Shown: positions 29,293 to 39,548, counted from the first letter of the stretch. The stretch: 64,000 nucleotides of DNA from Patescibacteria group bacterium (GCA_042568575.1 JBHPIO010000001.1:96001-160000), one strand, 5' to 3'. Notes: generated from the sequence alone by a model not told the origin. Made by a program: numbers and translations.

Positions 29293-29874
29293 ATGTTCAC
29301 AGGAATCATTCAGGAAATCGGAACCATTAAAAAAATCACGCAGGACGGTGACAACAAAGTCGTTGAGATTGAAGCAAAGACAACTTTAAAGGATTGTAAG
29401 AAAGGAGGTTCTATTTGCGTAAACGGAATCTGTTCAACCGTTATGAATATTTCAGATAGCGAATTTTCTGTTGAATACATGCCTGAAACTCTAAAATTAA
29501 CAACTGTTCAAGATTGGCAGGAAAAAGAAAGTGTAAACCTCGAATCTTCACTAACCTTAAGCGATAAACTAAGCGGACATTTTGTTGCAGGACACGTGGA
29601 TGCTGTCGGAAAAATAATCAATATTAAAGAAAATGATTTTGATATTTCATTCCCACCGGAAATTGCTAAATTTATCGCATTTAAAGGATCAATTACTGTT
29701 GATGGCATTAGTCTCACAGTTTCAAAACTCGATGACGAACACTTCACAGTTTCTATCATTCCTCACACGCTTGAAAACACTACGCTTGGAAAGAAGATAG
29801 TTAGTGATACTATTAATCTGGAAGTTGATTTAATAAGTCGTTATTTGCAAAGATTCGCTGATTTATCTAACTAA
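29293..29874 (+). CDS. ribE: riboflavin synthase (alpha chain)
   Basis: MFTGII start, VNLE, GHFVAGHVD, KGSITVDGISLTV, IPHT. Confidence 0.95.
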   Translation: MFTGIIQEIGTIKKITQDGDNKVVEIEAKTTLKDCKKGGSICVNGICSTVMNISDSEFSVEYMPETLKLTTVQDWQEKESVNLESSLTLSDKLSGHFVAGHVDAVGKIINIKENDFDISFPPEIAKFIAFKGSITVDGISLTVSKLDDEHFTVSIIPHTLENTTLGKKIVSDTINLEVDLISRYLQRFADLSN

Positions 29875-29876
29875 TT

Positions 29877-30326
29877 ATGAAAAAAGAAACTACCGACAAT
29901 TCGGATTACACAGGAGAAAACGTGAAAGTTGCGATTGTATACTCGCAGTTTAATGAAGAGATTGTGGAAAAGTTGCTTTCCGGGACTATTAATGAACTGG
30001 AAAGGCTTCAAACTAAAGAAATTAAAACATTCAAAGTTCCCGGAGCACTCGAAATTCCTGTGGTTGCAAAAAAAATTATCGAGAAGAATGAGTTCGATGT
30101 TATTATTGCTCTCGGTGCGATAATTAAAGGAGGTACAACGCATTTTGAGCATGTATCGACCGAAAGTATCCATGCATTATCAATACTCTCCTTACAAACA
30201 GGAGTCCCCATAATTTCTGGAATTCTTACAGCGCTAGATGAAAATCAAGCAAATGAAAGAATTGATAGAGGAAAAGAATTCGCACAAAGCGCGCTTCACA
30301 CCGTTCACACTTTAAAATCAATTTAA
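29877..30326 (+). CDS. ribH: 6,7-dimethyl-8-ribityllumazine synthase
   Basis: SQFN, VPGALEIP, LGAIIKGGTTHFE, GILT. Confidence 0.95.
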   Translation: MKKETTDNSDYTGENVKVAIVYSQFNEEIVEKLLSGTINELERLQTKEIKTFKVPGALEIPVVAKKIIEKNEFDVIIALGAIIKGGTTHFEHVSTESIHALSILSLQTGVPIISGILTALDENQANERIDRGKEFAQSALHTVHTLKSI

Positions 30327-30336
30327 TTATAAACTC

Positions 30337-31518
30337 ATGAAACTCCAAACACTAAAAGATGCTGATATTGCTCACAAAACCGTTCTCTTACGAGTTGATT
30401 ATAATGTTCCATTACGAAATGGAAAAGTTGCTGATGATACACGGATAAAGCAGTCACTTCCAACTCTAAAACACCTTGTTCAACAAGATGCGAAAATAAT
30501 TATTATGTCGCATCTCGGACGTCCAAAAGGTGAAGTTAATGAGGAATTACGTTTAACGCCGGTTGCGGATCATCTATCTAAACTTCTTGATGCACCAATA
30601 ATTAAAGTTGAAAGTTGCATTGGAGCCGATGTTGAAGAAGCAATCAAGTCTATGAAAAACGGACAAATTTTAATGCTTGAAAATACTCGTTTCCATGCTG
30701 AAGAGAAAAAGAACGACCCTGAGTTTGCAAAAAAACTCGCAAGCTATGCGGATGTTTACGTAAGTGATGCATTTGGCACAGTTCATAGAGCTCATGCATC
30801 AACAGAAGGAGTTGCTCACCATTTACCGGCTTATGCGGGATTCTTGATTGAAAAGGAAATAGCAGCACTCTCCCCTCTTTTGGAGAAACCTGAGGCGCCA
30901 TTTGTATTAATTATGGGTGGAGCAAAAATCGACACTAAAATTGGTGTGATAAAAAATTATCTAGAAAAGGCTGACAAAATTATTATTGGAGGTGGACTTG
31001 CAAACACTTTCCTTCTTGCTCGAGGATTTGATGTAGGAGCTTCATTATGTGAGAAAGACAAAGTTGAAACAGCTCAAGATATAATGCTTGAAGCTGACAA
31101 AGCCAATTGTGAAATCGTAATGCCGGAAGATGTAATTGCCGCAGATGAAATAAGCGACGATGCAATTACAGCAGATGCAAATATTAGAGGAATTGAAGGT
31201 GAAATGCAGATTTTAGATATTGGTGAAGAGTCGCTGAAGCAATTTGTTGAAATAATTAATGAAGCAGCAACAATTATCTGGAACGGACCAGTTGGTTTAT
31301 ATGAGAAAAAGCCATTCGAAAAAGGAACACGAGAAATTGCATGGGCAGTAAAAAACAGCCAAGCCAAGACCTATTTAGGTGGCGGCGACACAGTGGATGC
31401 AATCAAACGATTCGACATCTCTCCAGATTCATTTACTCATGTTTCTACAGGAGGCGGAGCAATGTTGGAGTTCTTGGAAGGAAAAGATTTGCCTGGACTT
31501 AAAGTGTTAAAAAAATAA
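30337..31518 (+). CDS. pgk: phosphoglycerate kinase
   Basis: RVDYNVP, SHLGRP, LENTRF, DAFGTVHRAH, WNGP, HVSTGGGA. Confidence 0.97.
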   Translation: MKLQTLKDADIAHKTVLLRVDYNVPLRNGKVADDTRIKQSLPTLKHLVQQDAKIIIMSHLGRPKGEVNEELRLTPVADHLSKLLDAPIIKVESCIGADVEEAIKSMKNGQILMLENTRFHAEEKKNDPEFAKKLASYADVYVSDAFGTVHRAHASTEGVAHHLPAYAGFLIEKEIAALSPLLEKPEAPFVLIMGGAKIDTKIGVIKNYLEKADKIIIGGGLANTFLLARGFDVGASLCEKDKVETAQDIMLEADKANCEIVMPEDVIAADEISDDAITADANIRGIEGEMQILDIGEESLKQFVEIINEAATIIWNGPVGLYEKKPFEKGTREIAWAVKNSQAKTYLGGGDTVDAIKRFDISPDSFTHVSTGGGAMLEFLEGKDLPGLKVLKK

Positions 31519-33375
31519 CTACTTCTTCTTACTCTTCCAATAAAGCGCATTATACCCTCTAATATATGCGTCTATTGATGCTTGGATAATATCCGGAGAT
31601 GTCGCAGAACCAAGTACTTTTTCGCCGCTCTTGTCCCCCATCGTGATGTTTACCTCAACGGCAGCGTCTGTACCTGCGGAATGGATTGTTACCGCGTAAT
31701 CTAGTAATTTAACTTCCAATTTATCGTCCTTTGCAATTCCTTTTTTAAGAGCTTCGATAATCGCATCAACTGGCCCCACACCTTCTGCTTTTGCACATAT
31801 TTTCTTGCCCATAAATTCTATGTCGATGGTTGTAACTGGACGCTTTGCTTTGCTTATTTGTAAGTCAAAATCAATAATTTTTAAAACTGGTTTTTTCGAA
31901 GAAAATTCTTTAAGCACATTTTCTACGATTTTTTGAAGATCACTTTCTGTTACTGATTTCCCTTTTGCCTGGAAATTTAAAAGTTCACCGTGAACTGCCC
32001 GAAGGTAATCCCCTTTTATCAGGATATCAAATTTCTCTTTGATGATTTTCTGAAGCTGTTTTTCGGTTGGCATTTTCTTCCACAAAGTTTTTTGTCTTCC
32101 TTTTGAAGAAGCTGCACGTAATTTATAAAGTTTATATTTGAGATACCTGTTAATATCCTCTTTGCTTGGCTCAAGAGATGGTGGAGATGGCAAGTTAGAC
32201 ATCGCTGTAACAGGATCTTTAAGCCCATTTCCAGTTGCCATAACAACTACCGTATCGTCTTTCTTGAAAATTCCTTTTTTAGATAACTGATTAAGCGCAC
32301 CAACAGGTAAAGCACCTGAAGGTTCAACAAAAATCGACTCAATATTTGCCAAAAGTGCTTCCGCATCGAGCGTGTCGTCATCATCTACTGCAACAGCCAT
32401 TCCTCCGGAGTCTTTTATGGCTTTTAGAACCATATTTCCATCAAGAGGATAATTCACGGCAACAGCACTACAAACCGTATCAATATGGTCTGCCGTAGCA
32501 ACCTTTCTTTTCTTTTCCTTGAATGCTTCCACAACTGTTTGGCATCCACTTGGTTGGACACCAATCAACTTTGGAAGCTTATCTATAAATCCAAGTTTAT
32601 GAAACTCCTTAAATCCCTTCCATATAGCGGATAAATTCGTTCCACAACCTATTGGACAAATAACATAATCGGGAGCACGCCAGAAAAGCTGCTCGCAAAT
32701 TTCGTAAGCTTGAGATTTTTGACCTTCTCTTCTAAACACATAATCACCGGCAAGATAGAAATCATTTTCTTTCGCAATTTGAACTGCCAATTTTGCACAT
32801 TCACTATATGCACCTCTAATTAGAAGTACACGAGCACCATATGAAATAGTTTGAGAAAGTTTTCCGATTGGAGTTTTTTCCGGAACCATAACGTAACATG
32901 GAATACCCGCAACAGTTGAATATGCCGCAACCGAGGCAGCCATATTGCCTGAAGAAGCAAGGCAAATCGCCTTCGCACCAAGTTCCAGAGCTTTTGTAAC
33001 TTCAACAAGAGTTCCGCGATCTTTAAATACACCAGTTGGATTCGCGCCTTCATTTTTAACGTAAAGTTTTTGGAGTCCGAGTTTTTTTCCAAGATGCTTT
33101 GCGTGATACAGAGGCGTTCCACCTTCTTTTAAACTAACAATCTTTTCAAGATCCAAAATCGGATAAAAATCTAAATATTTCATTGCTGAAATCGGCGAAT
33201 TCTTAAGCGCAAACATATTCATTCGACGCTTAATTCGTTCATAATCGTAAATAACATCAAGAGCACCATCACACTTTAAACAAGATGTCGAAGTTTGCTT
33301 CTCGTCATACTCAGCCTTGCATTCAACACATTGAAGTTTATAAAATTTCTGACTTGTACTCGATCCGTTAGGCAT
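31519..33375 (-). CDS. thrC: threonine synthase fused to a C-terminal LeuA-type allosteric (dimerisation) domain
   Basis: EGGTPL, NPTGVFKDRG (PLP Lys), ASSGN, EGQKS, EPS, TGNGLKD; tail GVGPVDA..DY.V..GTDA..SPDIIQASIDAY. Confidence 0.85.
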   Translation of the reverse strand: MPNGSSTSQKFYKLQCVECKAEYDEKQTSTSCLKCDGALDVIYDYERIKRRMNMFALKNSPISAMKYLDFYPILDLEKIVSLKEGGTPLYHAKHLGKKLGLQKLYVKNEGANPTGVFKDRGTLVEVTKALELGAKAICLASSGNMAASVAAYSTVAGIPCYVMVPEKTPIGKLSQTISYGARVLLIRGAYSECAKLAVQIAKENDFYLAGDYVFRREGQKSQAYEICEQLFWRAPDYVICPIGCGTNLSAIWKGFKEFHKLGFIDKLPKLIGVQPSGCQTVVEAFKEKKRKVATADHIDTVCSAVAVNYPLDGNMVLKAIKDSGGMAVAVDDDDTLDAEALLANIESIFVEPSGALPVGALNQLSKKGIFKKDDTVVVMATGNGLKDPVTAMSNLPSPPSLEPSKEDINRYLKYKLYKLRAASSKGRQKTLWKKMPTEKQLQKIIKEKFDILIKGDYLRAVHGELLNFQAKGKSVTESDLQKIVENVLKEFSSKKPVLKIIDFDLQISKAKRPVTTIDIEFMGKKICAKAEGVGPVDAIIEALKKGIAKDDKLEVKLLDYAVTIHSAGTDAAVEVNITMGDKSGEKVLGSATSPDIIQASIDAYIRGYNALYWKSKKK

Positions 33376-33384
33376 TACAATTCG

Positions 33385-33756
33385 TTAAATACTAGCGATG
33401 CAATCAATTTCAACCTTAACATCCTTTGGAAGTCTTGAAACCTCAACAGTCGCACGAGCGGGTTTGTGACTTGGGAAATAAGTCGCGTAAACATCATTAA
33501 CAGCTGTGAAATCATTCATATCAGTCAAAAAGATTGTTGTTTTTACGACTTTATCAAGCGAACTTTCCGCAGCCTCGAGAACAGCTTTCAAATTTTTCAT
33601 AACCTGGTGAGTTTGTTCAGCCACATCGCCATCAATAAGATTCCCGTTTGAAGTAAGCGGAATTTGGCCGGAACAAAAAACCAGTTTACAGTTTTTAACT
33701 GCCTGAGAATAAGGTCCGATTGCCTGTGGAGCGCTATCTGTTTTTATAGTTTCCAT
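33385..33756 (-). CDS. ridA: RidA family enamine/imine deaminase
   Basis: APQAIGPYSQA, SGQIP, VVKTTIFL..M.DF, PARATV..LP..VEI. Confidence 0.93.
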   Translation of the reverse strand: METIKTDSAPQAIGPYSQAVKNCKLVFCSGQIPLTSNGNLIDGDVAEQTHQVMKNLKAVLEAAESSLDKVVKTTIFLTDMNDFTAVNDVYATYFPSHKPARATVEVSRLPKDVKVEIDCIASI

Positions 33757-33900
33757 GCCGAGAAGTTTACAAGGTTTTAGAGCCGAAATCAATAAAAATT
33801 CGTAAGACAAGCACCCGCAGCAATGGTAGTAGCTGCGGGGCCAGGTTGGTAGGCTTTGAAAGAGGATCCAGACCCAATTGAATGGGCTGGAAAAGGAGGG

Positions 33901-35457
33901 TTATGGGATGATCTGGATGGTGGGGCCGTTAATAGTGCCACCAAAGACGTTCCCGACGGGGAACGGTGTGTCGTCGATGTACGTGAAGCTAGTCTGCGGT
34001 GACAGGTAGCTAAAGTTGAACGTGGAACTCTGAGCTCCTGCAGCTGTGTCGAACGTGAACCAGAACTCGGTCGACTCACAAATTGGCAAGTTTACCGTAT
34101 CTGTAAGCTCGATGATACACGTGAACACGGTGGGGTCGCTATCATTCCAGCAATCTCCCATGACCACATCTTGTGGTCCAGAAAAAACAGCCTCCTGATT
34201 CTGAGAATTGTATGCCCAGGCCTTGATGTCCAGGATGTCCTGTGGGTCGTACTGTTTGTGCAGCTGGACCGGGAAACTCCACATCTTCAGGGAGTTTTGT
34301 GGCAGCACGCTGATGCTCAGACCCGTAACGTCGTTCTCTCCGGACAGGACGTCGAAGTCCGGCGGGTTATTGGCCGAAGGCACAAAGTGAACCTCGTGCC
34401 CTGGAATGTAGCGCGTAGTCGGATTGCCGTAGTCGGGAAATTCGACAGTGCTCACACCAAAGCCATAAGTACGTCCGATCGCCTCGATATCCATGGGGCT
34501 CTCGATGATGAAACCGACTGTATCGCACGGAGTTGTGCCACTCATGGACACAACAACGCTGAAGTGATACATCATTCCGCGTGGAATGTAGAAGGCCTCA
34601 GGAAGCGTAATTACGATATAATCGCCCACTATCTCCCAATCCACGTTTAGATCTCCGGATCCGCCACCAGCATTGACGGTCATCATCACGTGGACGATCG
34701 ATGTCGCATCAAAAGTTCCGATCTGCTTCATCCTGAACCTGTACAGATCCATGTCCTCGACGGTGGCCTCAAAGATGACCTCGGTCGTCGAGGTATTCTC
34801 GTCGTTCAAGCCATTCTCCGAGACATAGGCGTCGTAGTTCAACACGCCCACAACCGCACTCGTCGTGGTCATGGGATAGCCACAGAGCGGGAACTCCGGC
34901 AGGCCGATAACGTTCACAGGCTCGCCGGTGGTAACTCCGAATGCTGGCATGTGCTCCGGGAACTCTAAACAGAAGTAGTTCTCGGAGTTTTCAACCGCGT
35001 CCATGTTCGCATAAACGTCCATGTACGCGGACTCGCCAGCTCCCAGATAGAAAGTAGTTTCGGAGAAGTCGACCTGGTTAGTCGAAGTGCTAATTCCCAG
35101 GTACGGCGTCTCCTGATCTTCATCGAAGATCACTTGCACGACGGGCATGTCATTGGCATCACCCAACCCCCTTCTCGTGAGAGTGGGGCCAATGATCTCG
35201 ACATCTTGGTCTTCCGGCGCCTTCACCAGGAAGCGCACGAAGTGAACTCGCTGCGCAACGCGCGGAATATGTCTACCTTCAGGCGTGTTCTCGTCGATCT
35301 CCACGGTGAGATCCTTATTCTCCTCCGTGTTGTTGTTATTGGCATTGGAATTGCCGTTAACGTTGTTGTTGCCGTCGTAGCCAACGCTCCTTTCGCAAGC
35401 AGCAAAGGCCATGATGATCGCCGTAACGATCGCTATAGTTCTCGCGATGTGTCCCAA
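33901..35457 (-). CDS. high-GC putative lipoprotein, acidic and beta-rich (surface-protein-like)
   Basis: AAAGGAGGG SD 6 nt before TTG at 35457; signal MGHIARTIAIVTAIIMAFAA|C; Asn-rich linker; repeated Ig-like beta segments. Confidence 0.7.
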   Translation of the reverse strand: MGHIARTIAIVTAIIMAFAACERSVGYDGNNNVNGNSNANNNNTEENKDLTVEIDENTPEGRHIPRVAQRVHFVRFLVKAPEDQDVEIIGPTLTRRGLGDANDMPVVQVIFDEDQETPYLGISTSTNQVDFSETTFYLGAGESAYMDVYANMDAVENSENYFCLEFPEHMPAFGVTTGEPVNVIGLPEFPLCGYPMTTTSAVVGVLNYDAYVSENGLNDENTSTTEVIFEATVEDMDLYRFRMKQIGTFDATSIVHVMMTVNAGGGSGDLNVDWEIVGDYIVITLPEAFYIPRGMMYHFSVVVSMSGTTPCDTVGFIIESPMDIEAIGRTYGFGVSTVEFPDYGNPTTRYIPGHEVHFVPSANNPPDFDVLSGENDVTGLSISVLPQNSLKMWSFPVQLHKQYDPQDILDIKAWAYNSQNQEAVFSGPQDVVMGDCWNDSDPTVFTCIIELTDTVNLPICESTEFWFTFDTAAGAQSSTFNFSYLSPQTSFTYIDDTPFPVGNVFGGTINGPTIQIIP

Positions 35458-35511
35458 AGTAAACCCTCCTTTAAAGGTTTTCCTCATTGTCAAAAATCAA
35501 CTTGGATTAAG

Positions 35512-35539
35512 ATTGTACTATAAATAAGCGAATAGTCAA
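35512..35539 (-). promoter_or_regulatory. sigma70 promoter of the high-GC lipoprotein gene
   Basis: TTGACT-16 bp-TACAAT. Confidence 0.6.
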
Positions 35540-35627
35540 TAGAGCGCACACGAGATTCCTCCCGGGAGGAGATTGACACAATACATTTCTTTCGTATACA
35601 TTGATCTCTTAATTTATTATTTATCAT

Positions 35628-36275
35628 ATGAAAGAAGACATCAGCCGCGAAGGCCTTACATCAGAAAAACTGCTTCAGCCATTATATTTACTCAGGCCAA
35701 AAAACAACCATGCAATAGCCAAGGTTCAAGAATTCACACAAATAAGACTTCAAAGAATAAATGAACTTCTTGGAAAAGACTACAAGGGTGCAATTTTAGA
35801 TATAGATGAGTGCACAGCCCCACATCACGGAGAGATTCTTCCAGAAAATTTAGAACATGTAGTAGAAATGATTCAAGACGGCACACGCGTAGTAATTTTC
35901 TCAAACATGAAAGCATCAGACCGATATAACGCCATTATTGACGCAACTAATGGAGCAGTCAAAGTGCATACCAGTCAATTTGCAAAACCAGATGCACGCG
36001 GGTTCTTAGAATGCTGCGATGAATTGAATCTTCTTCCTCATGAAGTAGTTATGATCGGCGACAATTTTATCACTGACGGTGGTTCAATAAGAGCTGGCAT
36101 CGACTTTATTAAGGTTGAACCAATTAAAACTGAAGGCGAATCAATTGGAAAAAAACTAAAAAGACTTCCGCAAACAGCTACAAGATGGTTTTACAGTAAA
36201 CTTTCAAATCTATACGACAAAATTTCTAAGAGAAAAGTGCTTAAGCCCGACGATATTTCTCCCAAATCTTCTTAA
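35628..36275 (+). CDS. HAD-IIIA family phosphatase (YqeG-like)
   Basis: ILDIDEC (DxD), IFSN, AKP, VMIGDNFITDG. Confidence 0.78.
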   Translation: MKEDISREGLTSEKLLQPLYLLRPKNNHAIAKVQEFTQIRLQRINELLGKDYKGAILDIDECTAPHHGEILPENLEHVVEMIQDGTRVVIFSNMKASDRYNAIIDATNGAVKVHTSQFAKPDARGFLECCDELNLLPHEVVMIGDNFITDGGSIRAGIDFIKVEPIKTEGESIGKKLKRLPQTATRWFYSKLSNLYDKISKRKVLKPDDISPKSS

Positions 36276-36504
36276 AAAAAGACAAACTAAGCGTAGAAAT
36301 CACAAAAGCAGCAGTCGGAACAATCGAATTGATAAGCGGATCTGGCAATTCAGCTACATAGAAGAAAACAACAATCACAAGATAAGTTAATACAGCAACA
36401 ATCACTTTCCGAGTGAAGCTCATTTCCCATTTTTTATTAAGCTCAACACGTTTATTGCGTTCTTGTATTTTTGTGATTTCGGATTCAATTTGTTTAAGTT
36501 CCAT
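36241..36504 (-). CDS. conserved hypothetical membrane protein
   Basis: ERNKRVE..K.WE.S.TRK then two TM helices; start at MELKQ. Confidence 0.7.
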   Translation of the reverse strand: MELKQIESEITKIQERNKRVELNKKWEMSFTRKVIVAVLTYLVIVVFFYVAELPDPLINSIVPTAAFVISTLSLSFFKKIWEKYRRA

Positions 36505-36514
36505 GGTAGTAGTA

Positions 36515-37348
36515 TTAAAAACGTTTAGTATACCCATGACAATACGGCTCATCCCCTTTTTTCTCATAATAATCTTGATGATAATCTTCAGCAGGCCAAA
36601 ACTTCCCTGCTTCACGTAATTCAGTCGCTACATCAAAGCCTTTTTCGTGCAACAATTCAATTAAACCCTCTGCAATTTTCTTCTGCTCTTCATCAATATA
36701 AAAAATAACAGAAAGATATTGCTCACCAATGTCAGGACCCTGACCGTCCTTTTGAGTAGGATCATGAGTCTCAAAAAATAATTTTGCTAGTTTCTCATAC
36801 GAAACCTGAGCAGGATCAAACAAAATCTCCAAAGCCTCAATATGCCCAGTAGTATGCGCACAAACTTCCTCATATGTTGGATTTTCTTTCTCACCACCAA
36901 TGTATCCAACTGTTGTATCAATCACTCCAGGTTCTTTTTGCATGTAATACTCAACTCCCCAGAAACAACCACCTGCAAATATCGCACGTCCAAGATCTTT
37001 CTCAGGAATAAAATTCATTGAAATTGAATTCACACAATGACGAACATTCTTCGGCGTATCCCCTTCTCCTTCAAAAACATGTCCAAGATGAGCATCGCAA
37101 CTCGCACATAAAATCTCCGTTCGCATACCATCCGCATCTGGCTCGTGTTTGATAGCACCTGGAATTTCATCATCAAAACTTGGCCAACCACAACTTGATT
37201 TAAATTTATCAGTCGATTTATACAGCAACGCATTACAACGCTTGCACGTATAAACTCCATCTTCAAAATGATCGTTATACTTGCCGGTAAAAGGAGCTTC
37301 CGTCCCTTTGTTAACGATTACGTCTTCTTCTTCAGGAGTTAATTTCAT
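36515..37348 (-). CDS. msrAB: bifunctional methionine sulfoxide reductase MsrB-MsrA
   Basis: MsrB (GTEAPFTG, CGWPSF, HLGHVF, RHCVNS) followed by MsrA (AGGCFWG, HDPT, AEDYHQDY). Confidence 0.95.
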   Translation of the reverse strand: MKLTPEEEDVIVNKGTEAPFTGKYNDHFEDGVYTCKRCNALLYKSTDKFKSSCGWPSFDDEIPGAIKHEPDADGMRTEILCASCDAHLGHVFEGEGDTPKNVRHCVNSISMNFIPEKDLGRAIFAGGCFWGVEYYMQKEPGVIDTTVGYIGGEKENPTYEEVCAHTTGHIEALEILFDPAQVSYEKLAKLFFETHDPTQKDGQGPDIGEQYLSVIFYIDEEQKKIAEGLIELLHEKGFDVATELREAGKFWPAEDYHQDYYEKKGDEPYCHGYTKRF

Positions 37349-37350
37349 AA

Positions 37351-37581
37351 TTAAACGAAAATAAGGTACAAAAGTAGCACAAACGCTATCGTCCAATAAG
37401 TTGTCCAGAAAATATTATAAAACTTGTCCGTTTCATTTTTGAAAATCTTCGCAGGCGGCCAATAATATTTTTTCGACATAGACTTACTCTGATTTCCAAA
37501 AAAGCACTCAATGACATGCAGATGTAAATCATAGAAAACCATGACTGCCAAAATGATTGTAATTACTTCTTTAGTACTCAT
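37351..37581 (-). CDS. small two-TM hypothetical protein
   Basis: translationally coupled between its neighbours; two hydrophobic segments. Confidence 0.6.
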   Translation of the reverse strand: MSTKEVITIILAVMVFYDLHLHVIECFFGNQSKSMSKKYYWPPAKIFKNETDKFYNIFWTTYWTIAFVLLLYLIFV

Positions 37582-38126
37582 ACTATTTCTTTAATCTTTG
37601 AAAGCAGTATATCAAATTCAGTATATCCAGACGACTGATTAATATGACCAGCACCTGGAACAAGAGTCACATCGATTTCAAGTTTTTCCGCTAGCTTCTC
37701 CGCTTTTTCGAGTTTAATATATGGATCATTATCTGAATGAAAAACATAAAAGTACTCACAATTCGATTTTATCTTCTCCCAATCAAACTCTCGTTGCGCA
37801 AACGTCACCATTCCAGGATCAAATTGATTGTCCGCTTTGCCATAAAAACCACTAACGAGAAAAGCCGCCTTCACCTTATAACGCTCAAGAACATTAAGCG
37901 CAAAAGGCACACCCAAACTGTGACCAATCAAAATCGCATCTTCATTGATGTCCTCTTTATATTGATCAAGTACATTCAACCAGTTTTCAAGCGTCTGCCC
38001 CTCAGGCGTAGGAAATTGAGGAATAATAACTTGTTGATCAAGATCTTCTAATTGTTCTTTGAGCCACGGAAACCAGTTTTCTTGAGGCGAACCCCCTACT
38101 CCGTGGAAGATGAATGTTGTGGGCAT
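37578..38126 (-). CDS. RBBP9/YdeN family alpha/beta hydrolase
   Basis: HG....NWFPWL, GHSLG nucleophile elbow, SDNDPY, GAGHIN. Confidence 0.9.
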   Translation of the reverse strand: MPTTFIFHGVGGSPQENWFPWLKEQLEDLDQQVIIPQFPTPEGQTLENWLNVLDQYKEDINEDAILIGHSLGVPFALNVLERYKVKAAFLVSGFYGKADNQFDPGMVTFAQREFDWEKIKSNCEYFYVFHSDNDPYIKLEKAEKLAEKLEIDVTLVPGAGHINQSSGYTEFDILLSKIKEIV

Positions 38127-38189
38127 ATTTTTAACATTAATTACTTCTCTGATATACTACCAACAAAGCATCTCCTAACAAACTTAAAA

Positions 38190-39548
38190 ATGCTGAAACG
38201 AACTCTCGCAATCATACTTTCTATTTCATTGATTGCTCTTAGTGGTGTACCTGCTTTTGCAGCAGGCGGTGCATGTTCTTATCACGACGGAATTGACTGT
38301 CTTACAGGCCCGGACACCGACGGTAGTGTAATTTGTAATGATGGCTGGAAAGCTGATTCGACATCATACTCAAGTGTGAAGTCAGCGTGTGGCGAAGATT
38401 ATCGTCCTTTTGCTGATGTTGATTCTTCAACCGAATATAACGAAGCTATTATAACTCTCTATGAGAAACAAGTGATTATCGGTTATCCAGATCAAACTTT
38501 CAAACCTTATAGTTTTATTAATCGTGCCGAGTTTTTAAAAATCCTTGTTGAAGGAAACGGAATCACTCCAGACGCAGATGTATACAAAGACTGTTTTCCT
38601 GACGTAACTGACGATTGGTACGCACCCCACGTGTGTTATGCAAAAGAGCAAGGATGGGTTGAAGGTTATCCAGACGGACAATTTAAAGCTACACAAAACG
38701 TAAACAAAGCAGAATCTATTAAAATGATTATCGAAATTCACGAATACAGCGATCTACTTCCTGAAATCGTTGAAGAAAGCAAGTACGAAGATGTTGCTAT
38801 GGATGATTGGTTCGCTCCGTATGTGCAAGTTGCTTACGATAAAGCGTTTATCATCCAGGAAATTTCATACTTAAATCCTGCTGACTTTATGACACGAGCA
38901 GGTATCACAGAAATGACATACCGCAGCATGATGGTTAAAGAATTCAATCTTGATACATTCCTCGATTACGATCCTCTTGATGAAGTAGTGCCAATTCCTG
39001 AACCAACTGTAATACTTAATTACTCATCAGAAAATCGTGCGATCGGTGAAGCTAACGCACCGATTGTAATTGTCGAATATAGCGATTATCAATGTCCTTT
39101 CTGCCAAAAACAGGCGGAAGAAGTTATTGCTAACCTAAAAATCGATTACATCGCAACTGGAGACGTATACTATGAGTTTAAAGACTTCCCTCTTGCGTTC
39201 CATACAAACGCAGCTACAGCAGCTATGGCAACAAATTGCGCAGCCGATCAAAACGCATTCTGGGAAATGCACGACATGATCTTCGAAAATCAAAGCGAAT
39301 GGTCATATTCTGAGGATGCTTCAGTTGAGTTTGAAAATTACTCAGATACTATTGGATTAGACTTAGAAGATTTTTCATTCTGCATGGCAGAAGAAACTCA
39401 CCTTGCTGACATCGAGGCTGACAGAGAAGCAGGAGTTGCAGCAGGCGTTACTGGAACACCCGCAATGTTCGTAAACGACGAACTATTTCTTGGCGTACAG
39501 GATTACACTACTTTAAGTGAATATTTAGACACCCTTCTTAGCGAATAG
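38190..39548 (+). CDS. secreted protein with Cys-rich N-terminal domain, SLH repeats and a DsbA-like thioredoxin domain
   Basis: signal peptide; ACSYHDGIDC..VICNDGW; GYPDQTFKP..INRAE and GYPDGQFK SLH repeats; EYSDYQCPFC, FPL..H, GVTGTP. Confidence 0.85.
   Translation: MLKRTLAIILSISLIALSGVPAFAAGGACSYHDGIDCLTGPDTDGSVICNDGWKADSTSYSSVKSACGEDYRPFADVDSSTEYNEAIITLYEKQVIIGYPDQTFKPYSFINRAEFLKILVEGNGITPDADVYKDCFPDVTDDWYAPHVCYAKEQGWVEGYPDGQFKATQNVNKAESIKMIIEIHEYSDLLPEIVEESKYEDVAMDDWFAPYVQVAYDKAFIIQEISYLNPADFMTRAGITEMTYRSMMVKEFNLDTFLDYDPLDEVVPIPEPTVILNYSSENRAIGEANAPIVIVEYSDYQCPFCQKQAEEVIANLKIDYIATGDVYYEFKDFPLAFHTNAATAAMATNCAADQNAFWEMHDMIFENQSEWSYSEDASVEFENYSDTIGLDLEDFSFCMAEETHLADIEADREAGVAAGVTGTPAMFVNDELFLGVQDYTTLSEYLDTLLSE

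Noticed and set aside
29068-29309. Overlapping N-terminal extensions of ssb and ribE in the ORF track
   Set aside because: Conserved starts are MRSLNRV (29144) and MFTGII (29293); the interval is a divergent promoter region
35458-35493. Apparent prepilin motif KGGFTL at the start of the 530-aa ORF
   Set aside because: These codons are the SD sequence (AAAGGAGGG) before a TTG start; there is no Glu5, and a lipoprotein signal follows
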